A DNA stretch of 64,000 nucleotides from Octopus sinensis (taxonomy: Eukaryota): assembly GCF_006345805.1 (NCBI RefSeq), contig NC_042997.1, forward strand, positions 199,082,001 to 199,146,000, read 5' to 3'. How positions within the stretch are numbered: the stretch's first letter is position 1; every line of letters starts with the position of its first letter. The translations under genes and the position numbers were made by a program. Below are positions 62,443 to 64,000 of this stretch, piece after piece. Under the pieces are notes generated by a model. That model saw only the letters and a list, made by a program, of their open reading frames with translations. It had not been told where the DNA came from and did no database searches.

Positions 62443-62822
62443 GGAGGCGCAATGGCCCAGTGGTTAGGGCAGCGGACTCGCGGTCGTAGGATCGCGGTTT
62501 CGATTCCCAGACCGGGCGTTGTGTGTGTTTATTGACCGAAAACACCTAAAAGCTCCACAAGGCTCCGGCAGGGATGGTGGTGATCCCTGCTGTACTCTTT
62601 CACCACAACTTTCTCTCACTCTTACTTCCTGTTTCTGTTGTACCTGTATTTCAAAGGGCCGGCCTTGTCACTCTCTGTGTCACGCTGAATATCCCCGAGA
62701 ACTACGTTAAGGGTACACGTGTCTGTGGAGTGCTCAGCCACTCACACATTAATTTCACGAGCAGGCTGTTCCATTGATCAGATCAACCGGAACCCTCGTC
62801 GTCGTAACCGACGGTGTGCTTC
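62443..62822 (+). mobile_element. SINE family B, full length
   Basis: ggaggcgcaatggcccagtggttagggcagcggactcgcgg...ggtttcgattcc head and long tail. Confidence 0.85.
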
Positions 62823-63056
62823 CATCCATATCTGCCATCAAAGCCTTCACCCAACTTTGTCCCCTGATCACGAATGCTACTCCTATGTACCTCTGGCATC
62901 CATCTCTGTCACTGTGTATTTCTTTCTCTCTCACTCTCCCATCTACCATATCATCTCCATATTTTCTGATCTATTTTCTATATCTTTGTTATATTGTTGT
63001 TGTTGCCCGCTTTCTTAACCATTTCTATTTCTTTCACTTTCCTTTACATATACTGA

Positions 63057-63455
63057 TACTCTTTTCTCTTTACTTGTTTCAGTCATTTAACTGTGGCCAT
63101 GCTGGAGCATTGCATTTAGTTGAGCAAATCGACTCCAGGACTAATTCTTTGTAAGCCTAGTACTTATTCTATCGGTCTCTTTTTCCGAACCGCTAAGTTA
63201 CGGGGACGTAAACACACCAGCATCGGTTGTCAAGTGATGTTGGGGGACAAACAAAGACACACAAACATATACGCACTCACATACATATATACGATGGGCT
63301 TCTTTCAGTTTCCGTCTACCAAATCCACTTACAAGGCTTTGGTCAGCCCGAGGCTATAATAGAAGACACTTGCCCAAGGTGCCATGCAGTGGGACTGAAC
63401 CCGGAACCATGTGGTTTGTAAGCAAGCGACTTACCACACAACCACTCCTACACTT
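63057..63455 (-). mobile_element. SINE family A, full length
   Basis: Reverse complement of family A. Confidence 0.85.
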
Positions 63456-64000
63456 CCACATTTGTTCCATTACATTCACTCTCTACATCCATCCCTAACC
63501 ATCCAGCATTTTCCTCTCACACTCTAATGAACTTGTCTGCCCACCTTTCTCAGTATTTTGTCTGCATTCTCTCTTGTACTCATCTTCTTATATTTTGTGA
63601 TTATCCCCTGGACACACACACACACACATGTGAGGCTGCAAGACCTAGTAGTTAGGGTGTTGCACTCATGATTCAGCAATTGTAATTTCAATTCCTAGAC
63701 CTAGTCGTGCATAGTATTCTTGAACAAAACACGTCATCGGACATTGCTTAGAAAATAATTTTCGCCCCAGCATGGCCACAGCTCATGAGCTGAAACTAGA
63801 TAAAATAAATAAATTAAAAAAATAAATTGTATATAGTACACATTGGGGATTTCGACCTTATAATTTTTTGGGGAAAATGCTGATTATACTTGAGGATTTA
63901 TGGTAGACGAAAATCTAGTTTTCAGCTTAAATGTTTATACAAGTAGAGCCAAAGTGTTTCTTGAATAGTCTCATATTCATTTAACAGATTATACATCCTT

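Noticed and set aside
62443-62515. tRNA-like sequences (also 9378, 45670, 54541)
   Set aside because: They are SINE heads followed by family bodies, without a closed acceptor stem, so they are not tRNA genes.

Overview
AT-rich, repeat-dominated eukaryotic non-coding DNA, most likely from an octopod cephalopod (inferred only from the tRNA-derived SINE families and the dense TA/ATCT/AAT microsatellites; no database check was possible). No host protein-coding gene could be identified with confidence. Most listed ORFs are microsatellite artefacts, SINE text or antisense to retroelements. The window holds at least four tRNA-derived SINE families (labelled A-D here), one long 5'-truncated, frameshifted RTE LINE (46595-50004) with many short copies of its 3' end, CR1 3' ends, an R4-like RLE fragment, three Penelope-like (PLE) coding remnants, a DD37D (maT) transposase remnant, piggyBac-like MITEs and Helitron-like HINEs. 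The most interesting signal is a set of hammerhead ribozyme (HHR) motifs in three unrelated small non-coding elements: (1) a 970-bp element with 238-bp direct repeats, each holding an HHR core in a non-canonical segment order (36836-37805); (2) a perfect 333-bp palindrome with a minimal HHR on each strand (24079-24411); (3) a divergent pair of tRNA-headed, (AAT)n-spaced elements carrying a minimal HHR (39245-39686). All structures were read by eye. Coordinates of degenerate repeats are approximate (about +/-15 bp).
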